Positions 19,303 to 29,913 of a stretch of 64,000 bases of DNA are shown here, piece by piece. The translations under genes and the position numbers were made by a program. The first letter of the stretch is position 1; each line of letters opens with the position of its first letter. The DNA is from Bdellovibrionota bacterium (lineage in GTDB: Bacteria > Bdellovibrionota_C > UBA2361 > JBGSMV01): NCBI GenBank assembly GCA_041739995.1, contig JBGSMV010000016.1, positions 11,650 to 75,649 of the forward strand, given 5' to 3'. The notes below the pieces were generated by a model. It did not search any database, was not told where the DNA came from, and worked only from the letters and a program-made list of their open reading frames with translations.

Positions 19303-20910
19303 ATGAGTTTTCAGAGAATTCTTGGTCGGATAAGCCTACACGAGGCCGTGATAGCGCTGGCAGTCTTGTCTGCGGTGTATTTACAGCTGCAAAATTTTGC
19401 TGACGATCCTGGCGTGGGGTGGCACTTAGAGACCGGCAGGTGGGTACTGGAGCACCGTATGGTGCCCTCGACTGATCCTTTTTTAGCTACGCCGCCTGGG
19501 GCGTTAGAAGAAGGGCAGGCAGCTCGTTCGTGGATTTCGGATCAATGGTTGTCTGATGTCGTTCTCGAGCTTCTCTTCCAGGTTGGCTCCTGGCCGCTTG
19601 TCTACGCCAGCTTAACTTCACTGTATCTGATTACCTACTTTGTTGTGCTGTATGGTGGTTTGCGAAAACTTCACATGCCCGCGCTCGCGGCTACGTTTGC
19701 GGTCATGTGCGCTTTTAAGGGCGGACAAATTCACTTCATCCTGCGCCCCGTAATGTTTAGTTTTCTATTCTTCACCATTGTTTACCTGAGGTGTCTCTAC
19801 ACCGAGCAACAAATGCTCAATACACAAGCGGCGCAGGAACCGAGCAGGCCAAACGATAAAAGCTATTTTGCATGGGCTGCGTTGTTCGCGCTCTGGGCGA
19901 ACATTCATCCAGGCTTCGTGATTGGATTAGCCATGGTTGGGCTTTCAGGTGCGATCACCGGCTTACGCGCCATTTTTTATGCGCCCCTTCGTGCTCAAAT
20001 AGTTCCGGCAGGGCTTACTTTTCTTTCCTGCGCTATCGGTACACTTCTTAATCCCTATGGTTTGAAATTGCATGAATCAATTGCTTCGTTGCGGGCCAGC
20101 GATTACTTCATGTCATTACACGAAGAGTGGATGCCGATCTCTTTTGAATCACCTGAGGGGCGTTTGTGGTTAATGTTGGTCATATTGATTGGGCTGTGTG
20201 TGCTTTTTGGAAGAGGAAAGTTTCGGTTTCCATCGCCCACAAGCTTAGTAGCCTGCGTGGTCCTCGGACTTTCATGTCTTGATGCAGTAAGAATGCTGCC
20301 TTTCTTTGCCATCGCTGCAAGCCTTCCAGTCGCCTGTGGGTTTGCATCGCTGGGGCAGTGCTCAATTTTTCAGCGCTCGCGTCCCTTTGCGCGACTTGCG
20401 AGCGCATTCATGTTCTTCGAACGTAGGGAGCATACGGCTCGCGCTGGGATAATGCTAACGGCGGTTATCTGTGGTGCCCTTATTGCCTCGAGCCTATTGC
20501 GAGGAGATCTGCTGCTGTTTCAGGGTCCATTTGGTCCGCGCGTGGAGAAGTTCCCCTACGGAGCCATCCAGTTCCTTTCGGCTCACCAGGACTCCGAGTC
20601 GAAACGCGAGTTGGTGGTAGCCTCAATACCGGAATGGGGTGGCTTTTTAAGTAAATTTGGAACCGGAATGGTTCGGCCATTGATTGATGACCGAAATACT
20701 CTAGTCGGAGAGGACTTTCATAAGCGCTATTCCTCATATATTGGGGGTGCCAATGGGTGGGATACCTTCTTTGTATTGCTTGGAGCTGACGCTTTACTGG
20801 TTCCTTCAGGGGGAGTATTGGCCAAGGCATTACAGCAGGGGCCTGTAGGTGAATGGAGCCTTAGTTACCAAGATCGATTGCAGACCCTAGCGACTAAAAC
20901 CACTTCCTAG
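19303..20910 (+). CDS. Multi-TM membrane protein, putative GT-C glycosyltransferase
   Basis: DPGVGWHLETGRW...DPF, HFILRP, LWANIHPGF, LLNPYG, EEWMP and IDDR motifs of a widespread uncharacterised GT-C-like family. Confidence 0.7.
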   Translation: MSFQRILGRISLHEAVIALAVLSAVYLQLQNFADDPGVGWHLETGRWVLEHRMVPSTDPFLATPPGALEEGQAARSWISDQWLSDVVLELLFQVGSWPLVYASLTSLYLITYFVVLYGGLRKLHMPALAATFAVMCAFKGGQIHFILRPVMFSFLFFTIVYLRCLYTEQQMLNTQAAQEPSRPNDKSYFAWAALFALWANIHPGFVIGLAMVGLSGAITGLRAIFYAPLRAQIVPAGLTFLSCAIGTLLNPYGLKLHESIASLRASDYFMSLHEEWMPISFESPEGRLWLMLVILIGLCVLFGRGKFRFPSPTSLVACVVLGLSCLDAVRMLPFFAIAASLPVACGFASLGQCSIFQRSRPFARLASAFMFFERREHTARAGIMLTAVICGALIASSLLRGDLLLFQGPFGPRVEKFPYGAIQFLSAHQDSESKRELVVASIPEWGGFLSKFGTGMVRPLIDDRNTLVGEDFHKRYSSYIGGANGWDTFFVLLGADALLVPSGGVLAKALQQGPVGEWSLSYQDRLQTLATKTTS

Positions 20911-21197
20911 TGCGCTTTCCAAAAGCGAATGAGGTGATAGTCTACCGGAGCTGTAAGGGCTTCTTTTGCGACCCCGGAGCGGCGCTTGCCCTGGATAGAG
21001 CCTAGTGTCCTGAGCGAAGAGTTCGATGAATTCTCGCCGAGCTTGATACTCTCTTTGTGAATTTATTTAATCAATTAGACAATGAGTTCAGCGAGAAAGA
21101 TACTTGAATGAACTTCTGACTCAGCAGACTAGTACGTCCGATATTGATTGAGTTCGACTGAACATGATTGACCGCACATGAAAGTAGGTGAGATTTC

Positions 21198-22511
21198 GTG
21201 AAAAAGGGATCGCTCGCATTATTCCTAACTTTGCTGCTTGCGCTGCTCGGGGCTGGCGTATCGGCCTTGACCATTATCGAGCACCTACTCCTTGAGATAT
21301 CCGAAGAAACGGGGCTGACTCTAGAGTCTGGTCTGTGCACCATTGGAGCGACTTTCAATTGTAAGAAGGTAATCGGTAGCGAGTGGTCTCTTATATTGGG
21401 CATTCCGCTCGGCTATTTTGGAGTTGCCTTCTATCTCTTGCTGTTCGCTCTAACCGTTGCGGCCTTTGACGAGAAGTTTGTGGGCCGAACTCTTGCTGGG
21501 GCAACGCTGTTCACCATGTCGCTGCTTGCCTCAGTGTTCTCCGTATATCTCTATCTCGTTTCTGAATTGAAGATTGGGGCACTTTGCCCGCTTTGTCTGA
21601 CGACTTACGGAATAAATTTTCTACTTCTCATATCGACCTATCTGATTTGCCCGAGTGTCTCTCTGAGGGAGCGGCGGAAGCTGGGGATTGCAGGGTTAGT
21701 GCGTTACCCATTGTTGCTTCTTCGAATTGGCGCCCCACGAGAGTCCTCTGCGCCGACCATTGCGCGCATTTGGCTTGTTGCCGGCTTGCTTGCGGTATTT
21801 TTTATAGGGGCATTGCCCGATTTTATAGCGAGCCAGTTTGTGATTCCGACGGTTGAGAGAGCCAGCGACTCAGAAAGACTGGCTAAAGGTGTTGAGTCGT
21901 GGAGCAAGTCGCCCGTTCAGAAGATCGCTTTAAGTTTGGATGGTGGATTGCAGGGCGACCACTTTAAGGGGAGCCCGCAGGCTCCAGTTGTCATCGTAGA
22001 GTTTTCAGACTTTGAGTGCCCTGCTTGCAGAGGGACCCATATCGCTCTCGAGGCAGTGCTCAAGGAGTTTGAGGCGAGCATAGTTTTTGTGCACAAGGAT
22101 TACCCTTTGGACCATGCGTGCAATTCCAATATTTCGAAGCCTTTTCATCGAATGGCGTGTTTTGCTGCTGAGGTTGCTCGGTGTGCGGGAGAACAAGGAA
22201 AATTCTTTGAAACAGCCGATTTTCTATATAAGAGCCCGATTCTGACGCGTCGTTCAAATCTTAAGAAATCAAAGGAGGATGTTTTTCTTTCGAGTGAAGT
22301 GCTTGGGTTAGACGAACAGGGCTTAAGGGAATGCGTGGCGAGCCGAAGACATCGCCCCAAGATTAAAGGCGACATCGCAGCAGGAGACACTCTCGAGCTG
22401 GCAGGAACTCCTTCCATCTGGGTAAACGGGAAAAAACTACAGGTCATCCACCCCACAGTACTTCGCGCGGTGATTTCAGAAATATTGGGCGACCTCCCGG
22501 CGCAGGGTTAG
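21198..22511 (+). CDS. VKOR-DsbA fusion (disulfide bond formation)
   Basis: VKOR domain with loop Cys pair and CPLC, followed by a thioredoxin/DsbA domain with FSDFECPAC and cis-Pro GTP. Confidence 0.88.
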   Translation: MKKGSLALFLTLLLALLGAGVSALTIIEHLLLEISEETGLTLESGLCTIGATFNCKKVIGSEWSLILGIPLGYFGVAFYLLLFALTVAAFDEKFVGRTLAGATLFTMSLLASVFSVYLYLVSELKIGALCPLCLTTYGINFLLLISTYLICPSVSLRERRKLGIAGLVRYPLLLLRIGAPRESSAPTIARIWLVAGLLAVFFIGALPDFIASQFVIPTVERASDSERLAKGVESWSKSPVQKIALSLDGGLQGDHFKGSPQAPVVIVEFSDFECPACRGTHIALEAVLKEFEASIVFVHKDYPLDHACNSNISKPFHRMACFAAEVARCAGEQGKFFETADFLYKSPILTRRSNLKKSKEDVFLSSEVLGLDEQGLRECVASRRHRPKIKGDIAAGDTLELAGTPSIWVNGKKLQVIHPTVLRAVISEILGDLPAQG

Positions 22512-22517
22512 AATCAT

Positions 22518-23624
22518 ATGGCCTCCGTCCTTGCGCACATCGTTACTTACCATTCTTCAGCGCAGGTGATTCTGTGCATTGAATCGCTTCTTGCTCAGGA
22601 GGGTTTTGAGTCCGACCATGAGCTGACGGTTGAACTTACGGATAATGCCTCTGGCGATGGTATTGCACAGAAAGTGACCCAGCGCTTCGCTCAGAGGGTC
22701 GGTACTTTTCAAAATTCCGCAAACTTTGGTTTTTGCGGAGCGCATAATCAAGCCGCGCATCGTTTCTTGCAGGGCAAACAAGATTATTTGCTTATCCTGA
22801 ATCCCGACACGCTACTTTCCGCGGGAGCGTTGAGCGCGCTCGTTTCTGGGGTTGAACGGCACGCGCCGAAGGGGGCCGGAATGGCGACTCCCCTATTGCT
22901 GCGATGTGACGAGGATTTAAAGCCCGTGGAACCTGAACTGGTTGATGCTGCCGGGATGCATATGACTCGAGCGCTACGGCACTTCGATCGTGGATCTGGG
23001 GAGATTCGGTCGAAAGGCCAGTTTAACAGGGCGGGTTTTGTGTTTGGTGGAACAGGAGCATGTTTGTTGCTCAGTCGTGCTTGCGTAAAGGATCTCACTC
23101 TCCGTGCCAGTGAACACGATGAGGCGGTGTGGAAGTTGTATCCTCAGCTGCGAGAGGGCAGAGAATTGCGAGCGCAGCTTTTTGACGAGGCATTTTTCGC
23201 CTACCGAGAAGATGCTGACTTGGCGTGGCGCGCACAGATTGGTGGATGGGGTACCTGTTTTATTCCGGAATCAATTGTCTACCACGAACGGAAGGTAGTG
23301 CCTGAACGACGTGCCGCGCTTTCGAGTGAATTGAATCGCCTGAGCGTGCGAAATAGATTTCTTTTGCAGGCCAGTAATCTGAGCCTCGGTGTGCTGATTC
23401 ATACATTTTTTATGGGATTGTTGTGGAGGAACGCCTTGGTGGTCGTAGCGACGCTTGTTTCTGAAAGAACTTCTATTCGGGGCTTGAGAGAGGTACTGCA
23501 GCTTCTTCCTCGAGCGCTGGCCCGTCGCCGTGCTATTCTCAAAAGCGCAAAGCCGAATCAGCTTGCAACTGTTGGACGGTGGTTCTCAGGCACGACGTTT
23601 GTTCCTTTTGAGGGTTCGCTTTAA
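22518..23624 (+). CDS. Glycosyltransferase family 2
   Basis: DNASGD, NFGFCGAHN, LILNPDT and FFAYREDADLAWR motifs. Confidence 0.9.
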   Translation: MASVLAHIVTYHSSAQVILCIESLLAQEGFESDHELTVELTDNASGDGIAQKVTQRFAQRVGTFQNSANFGFCGAHNQAAHRFLQGKQDYLLILNPDTLLSAGALSALVSGVERHAPKGAGMATPLLLRCDEDLKPVEPELVDAAGMHMTRALRHFDRGSGEIRSKGQFNRAGFVFGGTGACLLLSRACVKDLTLRASEHDEAVWKLYPQLREGRELRAQLFDEAFFAYREDADLAWRAQIGGWGTCFIPESIVYHERKVVPERRAALSSELNRLSVRNRFLLQASNLSLGVLIHTFFMGLLWRNALVVVATLVSERTSIRGLREVLQLLPRALARRRAILKSAKPNQLATVGRWFSGTTFVPFEGSL

Positions 23625-24421
23625 TGGAAAATATTGCGGTAGTGACGGGGGCATCGTCCGGGATTGGCGCAGAGTTTGCCCGGCAACTTCATCAAGATGG
23701 CCTCAATGTCATACTGGTCGCTCGTCGCCGAGAGAACTTGCAAGCCTTGGAGGCTTCGCTTAATGCGAAGCGAGCTGAGAGCGCTTCATTTCTTGAGGTT
23801 GATTTATGTGCTCCCGGTACCCCTGAGTTTAAGAAACTAGAAGTGCTATTGCAGGAAAGTCCGGTAGAGGTGTTCGTGAGCAATGCTGGCTTTGGATCCT
23901 TTGGTGAGTTTGATGAGCTCCCGCTCGCCAAGGAGCTAGACATGATTACTTTGAATGTTGCTTCAAGCACGAGGCTACTTCACGCTGCGGTCGGTGGTAT
24001 GAAGCAGCGTCGACGCGGACAGATTGCGATCGTGAGTTCGATTGCGGGAACTCAACCACTTCCCTATATGGCGACCTACTCAGCCACTAAGGCCTTTAAT
24101 CTTACGCAAGCAGTAGCGCTGCATAGCGAACTTAAATCCTATGGGATTTCAGTGTTGGCGGTGTGTCCTGGTCCTGTTGCGACTGAATTCGGTGGAATTG
24201 CAAGAATGCCTGGTACTGTGGCGGGAGGACGACGAGATTCTGTTGAGGCGGTGGTTGCTGAGGCGCTGAGGGCTTTGCGTCGTGGCGCGGTCACGGTGGT
24301 GCCTTGTATGCGCGCTAAACTTCTTTGGTTTGCGTCGAGCCTTCTTCCCAGGGCAGTATCGGCGAGTGTAATTGCTCGTATGTTTCGACCGGTGCTTGCT
24401 GAATCCAAGCGCATTAAGTGA
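23624..24421 (+). CDS. Short-chain dehydrogenase/reductase
   Basis: TGASSGIG, NAGFG and YSATK motifs. Confidence 0.93.
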   Translation: MENIAVVTGASSGIGAEFARQLHQDGLNVILVARRRENLQALEASLNAKRAESASFLEVDLCAPGTPEFKKLEVLLQESPVEVFVSNAGFGSFGEFDELPLAKELDMITLNVASSTRLLHAAVGGMKQRRRGQIAIVSSIAGTQPLPYMATYSATKAFNLTQAVALHSELKSYGISVLAVCPGPVATEFGGIARMPGTVAGGRRDSVEAVVAEALRALRRGAVTVVPCMRAKLLWFASSLLPRAVSASVIARMFRPVLAESKRIK

Positions 24422-24441
24422 ACTGATTTCAGGAGGTCCCA

Positions 24442-25137
24442 GTGAAAGAGAAGGTAGCTGAAGAACTTGCGCGTAGGGTCAAGTCAGGCGAGGTGCTGGG
24501 CGTAGGGACTGGTTCTACCGTGGCGCTTGCAATCGAGCGCATTGGGGCACGGGTACGGTCTGAGAAGATGGAAGTAAGTGCGGTGCCCACTTCGGTGCAG
24601 ACCGCCTGGTTATGCGAATCACACGGCATTAAAGTGTTGTTCCCTGGTTTTCGCGGCTCCATAGCATGGGGCTTTGATGGCGCGGATGCAATCGATCCTT
24701 CGTTCCTCATGATAAAGGGCAAGGGCGGGGCGCTTTTGCAGGAAAAAATTCTTGCAGCCCGGTGCCGTGAGTTCGTCATTATTGTTGATGACTCCAAGTG
24801 CGTGCCGTCGTTGGCAGGAATTCCCCTTCCGATTGAGGTTATTCCGGAAGCCATAGGGCTTGTCGAAGAACATTTACGTAGCCGCAGTGGTGCATCTGAC
24901 ATTCAGGTACGTCAGTGCCAAGGGGGTAAGCATGGCCCCGTTATCACAGAGGCCGGGAATCTCATTGTTGATGCAACCTTTCCAAAAGTCGGCAAAGATC
25001 TTGAAGATCAGCTCAAGAGTATTGTCGGCGTAGTGGAAACAGGGCTTTTTACTAAATACGGCTCCGAAGTTCTTATCGGAAGTGCTACGGGAGTAGAGAG
25101 CAAGCTCCGAGCTTCCATGGTGAATTCGAAGCAATGA
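24442..25137 (+). CDS. rpiA: Ribose-5-phosphate isomerase A
   Basis: GVGTGSTV, DGAD, IKGKGGALLQEK and GVVETGLF motifs; SD AGGAGG. Confidence 0.95.
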   Translation: MKEKVAEELARRVKSGEVLGVGTGSTVALAIERIGARVRSEKMEVSAVPTSVQTAWLCESHGIKVLFPGFRGSIAWGFDGADAIDPSFLMIKGKGGALLQEKILAARCREFVIIVDDSKCVPSLAGIPLPIEVIPEAIGLVEEHLRSRSGASDIQVRQCQGGKHGPVITEAGNLIVDATFPKVGKDLEDQLKSIVGVVETGLFTKYGSEVLIGSATGVESKLRASMVNSKQ

Positions 25138-25191
25138 TTTCCTTGGAGTCTGTGCCGCAGGCACAGACGACGAAATTCCTGAGGATGAATA

Positions 25192-26019
25192 TTAGCGGAA
25201 GCGCGCCAGCACCTTATCAATTAGAGACGGGCGTTTCCACACGGGAGTAAGTTTTTCAAATATTGAGAATTGCAGGGAGTCTTTCATGGGAGAGGCAATC
25301 ACTCGCACCGGAGTATCCCCAATCCGTAATTTATCAAGCTCTGCTTGCAGCTCGGACTGGTAGTCAAGCGCGCCAGCATCGCTGCAAAGAAGGCCTATCA
25401 GTGTGCAGGTGAATTCCTCGCCTTCGGCAGAGAGAGAGACTTCGTTTGCAAGGTAGAGCTCCCTAACTGAGTGGGTATTCGTAGCGTAGCGTTTTGCGCA
25501 AAGTAACACCGGATCGTTCGCATCGAGCAACAGCTCGCCTACGCTAATGTTTACCGCAGGCTCCGCGTGTGACAGGTCGTGTACAATCTCATCGATAGCT
25601 TCAGCGCCTGAGCGAAGTTTTGTGATTTCCCAAGCAGAAAATTCCTTGGAAGCGTCACTTCCAGGATTCAATACTACCCACCAATCATCAGGCGTTCGTT
25701 TGAGCAGTTCGAGTCCGATTACCTGCGAGACCTGCAAGGTGTGGCTTGTCCAAAGCTTTAAAGCCTCAGGGCTTGAAAAACAGGGGATAAGGGTGCGCTC
25801 TTCGTCGCAAATTCCCATCAGAGAAAACAAATCTGATGGATAGGACGGCTGAGGATCTGCGGGCTTTGGTTGATACCTATCGGGAACCCATACCTGAGCG
25901 GCAAGAAACGACTTCAAAAAAACACGGATGGCGTCTTTGTCGCCCTCCGTCGCTCGCTCGAGAAGTTCCTCTAGAGCGAGAGATGGAAGTGGGCCGTGAG
26001 TATCCTCACTTGAGGACAT
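25192..26019 (-). CDS. SseB family protein
   Basis: FLAAQVWVP, IPCFSS and WVVLNPGS patterns; probable start at MSSSED. Confidence 0.65.
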   Translation of the reverse strand: MSSSEDTHGPLPSLALEELLERATEGDKDAIRVFLKSFLAAQVWVPDRYQPKPADPQPSYPSDLFSLMGICDEERTLIPCFSSPEALKLWTSHTLQVSQVIGLELLKRTPDDWWVVLNPGSDASKEFSAWEITKLRSGAEAIDEIVHDLSHAEPAVNISVGELLLDANDPVLLCAKRYATNTHSVRELYLANEVSLSAEGEEFTCTLIGLLCSDAGALDYQSELQAELDKLRIGDTPVRVIASPMKDSLQFSIFEKLTPVWKRPSLIDKVLARFR

Positions 26020-26085
26020 ACCCTCAAACTCCTGCAATTCGACTAAGCGCTATCTCTGATGTTAGCGAATGTGCCGTGTCTCGCA

Positions 26086-26649
26086 TTACGATTTATTCAT
26101 CTCTGAGACTATTTCGTCGGTGATATCGAATGACGGCTGACCAAAGAGCACCGGCCCACGAGTGCCCTCGCCTTTATCGAGTACCAGATCGATTTTGTTA
26201 CGCTTGGCGTAGGACGCAACTACCGTTACTGCTTTGTCAGCAAGCTGCCGGTTGATCTTCAGAAACTCCTTTTTCAAATCCTCGTCAGTGTCCTTTACGT
26301 CGCGCTCAAAATCTCGGGCGTCTGCGCGAAAGCGTTCGACTTCCTTCTGATCGGCGCTTGACTCTGCCTTGTCTAAAGACTCCTTTCGCGTACGTAGTGA
26401 CTTACCGCGCTCTTCCAATTTCTTTCGAGCTTCTGTGGCGCGCTCGTCTAGCTTCTTGCGCTGAGATTTTGCCGAAGAAGACTCGTTGAGAACCTTGTTG
26501 ACGTCGACAGTGGCGAGTCGAAAATCCGCTTGAGCGCTTAGAGGAATCGTACAGAGTAGAAGAGCCAGTGTTGAAAGCACCGCCTTCGCGAAAGTCTTAA
26601 GGTAGATAGTGCGGACTTGGATCATTCGAGAACAAACTGCGTATCTCAT
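26086..26649 (-). CDS. skp: OmpH/Skp periplasmic chaperone
   Basis: Signal peptide, ATVDVNKVL, coiled coil, DLVLDK and C-terminal DITDEIV. Confidence 0.88.
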   Translation of the reverse strand: MRYAVCSRMIQVRTIYLKTFAKAVLSTLALLLCTIPLSAQADFRLATVDVNKVLNESSSAKSQRKKLDERATEARKKLEERGKSLRTRKESLDKAESSADQKEVERFRADARDFERDVKDTDEDLKKEFLKINRQLADKAVTVVASYAKRNKIDLVLDKGEGTRGPVLFGQPSFDITDEIVSEMNKS

Positions 26650-26770
26650 AAGCTACAAAGTTCAAGAAAAAATTTGGCTAACAAATGGGGACATCCTGGA
26701 AGCTGTCTATGCAGTACTTACGCAGAAGCCCACAAACAAGGCACAACCGTACACCGCAGGCCAGAATAGC

Positions 26771-27979
26771 TCAACGGCGGGGCAGTTCTTTGGGGCTGTC
26801 GCACCTCTTCGGCGGTAGGTGGAGGCACCAAAAGGCCAGGACAGCCGTTACAAACAAGGAAATCCACTGGTTGAAACCGTTTAGGAGCTCGAGTGATTTA
26901 AATCCGAGGCTTGGAATGGAAATATGAGGTCCTGCAATGGGGATGCAGAGCAGCAGGGTTGCCAGGTAGGAGCGACCTCGAGTCTGAGCGAAGAGGAAAA
27001 TGCATGGGAGAATGGCAAAGGTGAATGAGTAGGGTTTGAGGCGCGGAAGCAAAAGAGTGACCACTATCGCGAGAAAAGCGAACTGGACGGTGCTTTCTCG
27101 GCCCCTCAGTCGGTAAATCCCAAAGGCTCCTAGTAGTGTCATTGAAATGAGCAGAAAAACTGCGCTGCTCTCGGGAGCGCCGAGGAGCTTCGAAGCTTCA
27201 AGAAGAAAGAGAAAGAGAGAGGGGTGGGTTCTGCCACTTTTCATTTCGTGAATGGGACTATGCTGTCCCGGAATCTCGCCAAAGAGACTTAGTTGGTAAG
27301 TTTGGTAGAGCGAAGGGAAAGTGAGCAGACTGACCACTTGGAGCGCCATGGCAGGAAGTAATGATAGCGCAATGAGAGCAAGGGTCTCGCGGTGACTTTT
27401 GTGAGCGCGAGGCTCGCACAACCAGCAAAAACCAAACCAGCACAGGGGATAGGCGAGCGGCACGAGCTTAATTGCCCCCGCCATTCCAAGGCTCAAGGCC
27501 ATCCATCTCATTTTTTTTGCTGCGAGACTCCAGAAGGCGAGAGTAAAGAAAAACAAATGCAGTAGTCCTATGTTTCCGGAGAGAAAATTCCATCGCGCGG
27601 CGTCAAATCCAAATAGGAGGAGCACAAGACAAGCCGGCAAAGAAAGGGAAAGCCAGCGCGTTGCTATATAGAAGGCCGCGAGCAAGCAACTCAGATAGAG
27701 GAGGAGGAAGGTCCAGGGAGATTGGGCGCATAGCAGAGAAAAAACCTTCAGGGTCGCGGGAGGGTAAGTGAATGCGTGATAGACGTGGGTGTCGGACGAA
27801 AGATACGGATTGCCGCCGGTCTCCCACGCGTATGAAGCTGCGCAATAGACGCTGATGTCATTCGCAACATTTAGATTTGAGAGTGTGTCTATCCATGGGG
27901 AGAGGCAAAGGAATATCGACACGAGTACCGCGATACGCTCAAACCAAATGGAGACGACGAGAGATTTCAGATACGTCAT
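26771..27979 (-). CDS. GT87 / DUF2029-like membrane glycosyltransferase
   Basis: D..VY..A, GGNPY, FTYPP, GN and IKLVP motifs; multi-TM. Confidence 0.75.
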   Translation of the reverse strand: MTYLKSLVVSIWFERIAVLVSIFLCLSPWIDTLSNLNVANDISVYCAASYAWETGGNPYLSSDTHVYHAFTYPPATLKVFSLLCAQSPWTFLLLYLSCLLAAFYIATRWLSLSLPACLVLLLFGFDAARWNFLSGNIGLLHLFFFTLAFWSLAAKKMRWMALSLGMAGAIKLVPLAYPLCWFGFCWLCEPRAHKSHRETLALIALSLLPAMALQVVSLLTFPSLYQTYQLSLFGEIPGQHSPIHEMKSGRTHPSLFLFLLEASKLLGAPESSAVFLLISMTLLGAFGIYRLRGRESTVQFAFLAIVVTLLLPRLKPYSFTFAILPCIFLFAQTRGRSYLATLLLCIPIAGPHISIPSLGFKSLELLNGFNQWISLFVTAVLAFWCLHLPPKRCDSPKELPRR

Positions 27980-28203
27980 GTGGCTTCGACGTTTCGCTTA
28001 GAATGTATCAACCAAAGCAGAGCGATGCTCACGCGACCGCACAGCCCAGTGTCGAGGGGATGTTTATACGGCTTTGCGGCTAAAAACCATCCAAAAGTCC
28101 TTCACAGGGCTCAAGCGTCAAATGGGCGCGAGTGTGGCAAACTGAGCGCCGTTTCTAGAGTATTTTGTGGGAGTAACAGGTGAAAGAGTGCCTTGAGGTC
28201 GAC

Positions 28204-29913
28204 CTAGATTTCGATTGGAATGCCACCTGGAATTTCAGGTAGGCGCTGATTGAGGGCCTGAACAACTGTGCGAAAGATTCGACGCGCTTCGAAAGTAATC
28301 GCCCCATCGGTTCCGCAATCTGCGTAGAGAGCGACCGGTGTATCATGCGCAGCATCGATTGGCGCGACCGCGAAGGCCTTACTTCCCCAGGGCGATTCCT
28401 TGGACTGCTTGCTACCCCACGATTTAACTTTGGAGAAGCAACTCGCGAGTGGCGACAGCGGATCGTCAATAATTATGGTTTGCCCGTTACCGATATTTGG
28501 GCCACGTGCGGCGACTACCTTGGCCTTTTTTCGATCTTTAGAAACAACAATTAGGGCAGACTTTTCGAATTTTCCCGATTTCACGAGCATGTCGAGTAAT
28601 TGGGTAAGAAGCTCTTCGCCGGATTTTGCGCCGTCCAGCAGGCCAGACATGGACTGCATTATTTCCTTGCCGGCGTCAGTGAGTAGTTCTGGAGCGGCCT
28701 CCTTGGGGCGATCGGGCGCTTCTCGTGCAGGGCGCGCTTTGGCGGAGGGCGTCTTTGAGATTGCAAAGTCATCGCCCGTATTTTCGCTTTCTTTACCCAC
28801 GCTGGCTAGCGTGCTGATAGCGCGAGGCTTGGCGGCGAGAGCGGGCGCTTCCACAGCATCTTCAATGACCTCTTCCTCGGCAGGTGAGCCGCGAAGTAGA
28901 TTCTGAATATCATCCTGAAGAGAGTCAGCTACTTCCTCAGTCTCGGGAGCAGAAATCTCAACCCCCACTTCCTCGTGGCTCACAGTGGCCGCTACATTGA
29001 GGGAGGCTCCGTGTTTCTTTCGCTCTTCCAGCAGTCTCGCAGCAAATAAATATTCGGAGCAACGTTCGTAAATTTTTAAGTACTGATTGTCTGGAATTTG
29101 GAGCATGCGTAGAGAGCTCTTTGAGGAAAGCGTCTTTCCTGGGGCGAACTTTTCCCATCGGTTTGAATCAAATGCTTCGACCAGCTCTTGCGAAGCCCAA
29201 GAAAGAGGTTTGATAAGAACTCGTTCTTGAGATCGGGCCCGACCGTCGCGCTCGATAGCGAACAAAAGCGCTTCAGGAATTCCGTACTTCCTTAGATAGC
29301 TAACCCCCATTCTCTCAACATCGAAGCGGTAATCTTGGGCCAGGCGGTAGTTTAAGCCACTCTTGGAGAGCTGTTCCGCAAGCTCGACATACTTTGTGCC
29401 AAAATGAGCCACTGCCAGCATGTCGCCGATTGAGAGCAGCAATCCTGCGGCCTGGCAATCGTCAGTAAGTGTTCGTGCCAAAGCTTCACTCAAAATTCTA
29501 GCGACAATCGCGGTGCGTCGGCAGCGACTGCGATGATGCTCAAACCAGAAGGAAACCTCTTCCTCTTCCAGCGCGGGACGTTCCGACATTTTCTCGAGGG
29601 TCTCTATCACCACATCCGATCCAAGTCGGACGATAGCGGTTTTTACCGAGGTGATATTCGACTTACCACCTGCAAAGAACATCGCGTTGGAGGTGCGCAG
29701 CAGATCGAGCACAATAACTGGATCTTGAATACAGCAGGTGGCGAGGTCTTCCACTCGAATCGATTTATCCGCTGCAAGCTTGCGAGCTTCGTTCCAGACG
29801 CCTTGGTCGGGGGGGAGCATGAGCGCAAGAGCCCCACCGGTACCCTTTGGGGCATTATCCGCAGAGCCATCCCCTGTGGGGCTTGCTTGAGTGTCATTTG
29901 CGTCAGTAGACAT
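28204..29913 (-). CDS. HDOD-domain protein with a C-terminal GAF-like domain
   Basis: QDPVIVLDLLRTSNA, ITSVKTAIVRLG and AGLLLSIG (HDOD, with the HD residues degenerate); acidic linker. Confidence 0.75.
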   Translation of the reverse strand: MSTDANDTQASPTGDGSADNAPKGTGGALALMLPPDQGVWNEARKLAADKSIRVEDLATCCIQDPVIVLDLLRTSNAMFFAGGKSNITSVKTAIVRLGSDVVIETLEKMSERPALEEEEVSFWFEHHRSRCRRTAIVARILSEALARTLTDDCQAAGLLLSIGDMLAVAHFGTKYVELAEQLSKSGLNYRLAQDYRFDVERMGVSYLRKYGIPEALLFAIERDGRARSQERVLIKPLSWASQELVEAFDSNRWEKFAPGKTLSSKSSLRMLQIPDNQYLKIYERCSEYLFAARLLEERKKHGASLNVAATVSHEEVGVEISAPETEEVADSLQDDIQNLLRGSPAEEEVIEDAVEAPALAAKPRAISTLASVGKESENTGDDFAISKTPSAKARPAREAPDRPKEAAPELLTDAGKEIMQSMSGLLDGAKSGEELLTQLLDMLVKSGKFEKSALIVVSKDRKKAKVVAARGPNIGNGQTIIIDDPLSPLASCFSKVKSWGSKQSKESPWGSKAFAVAPIDAAHDTPVALYADCGTDGAITFEARRIFRTVVQALNQRLPEIPGGIPIEI

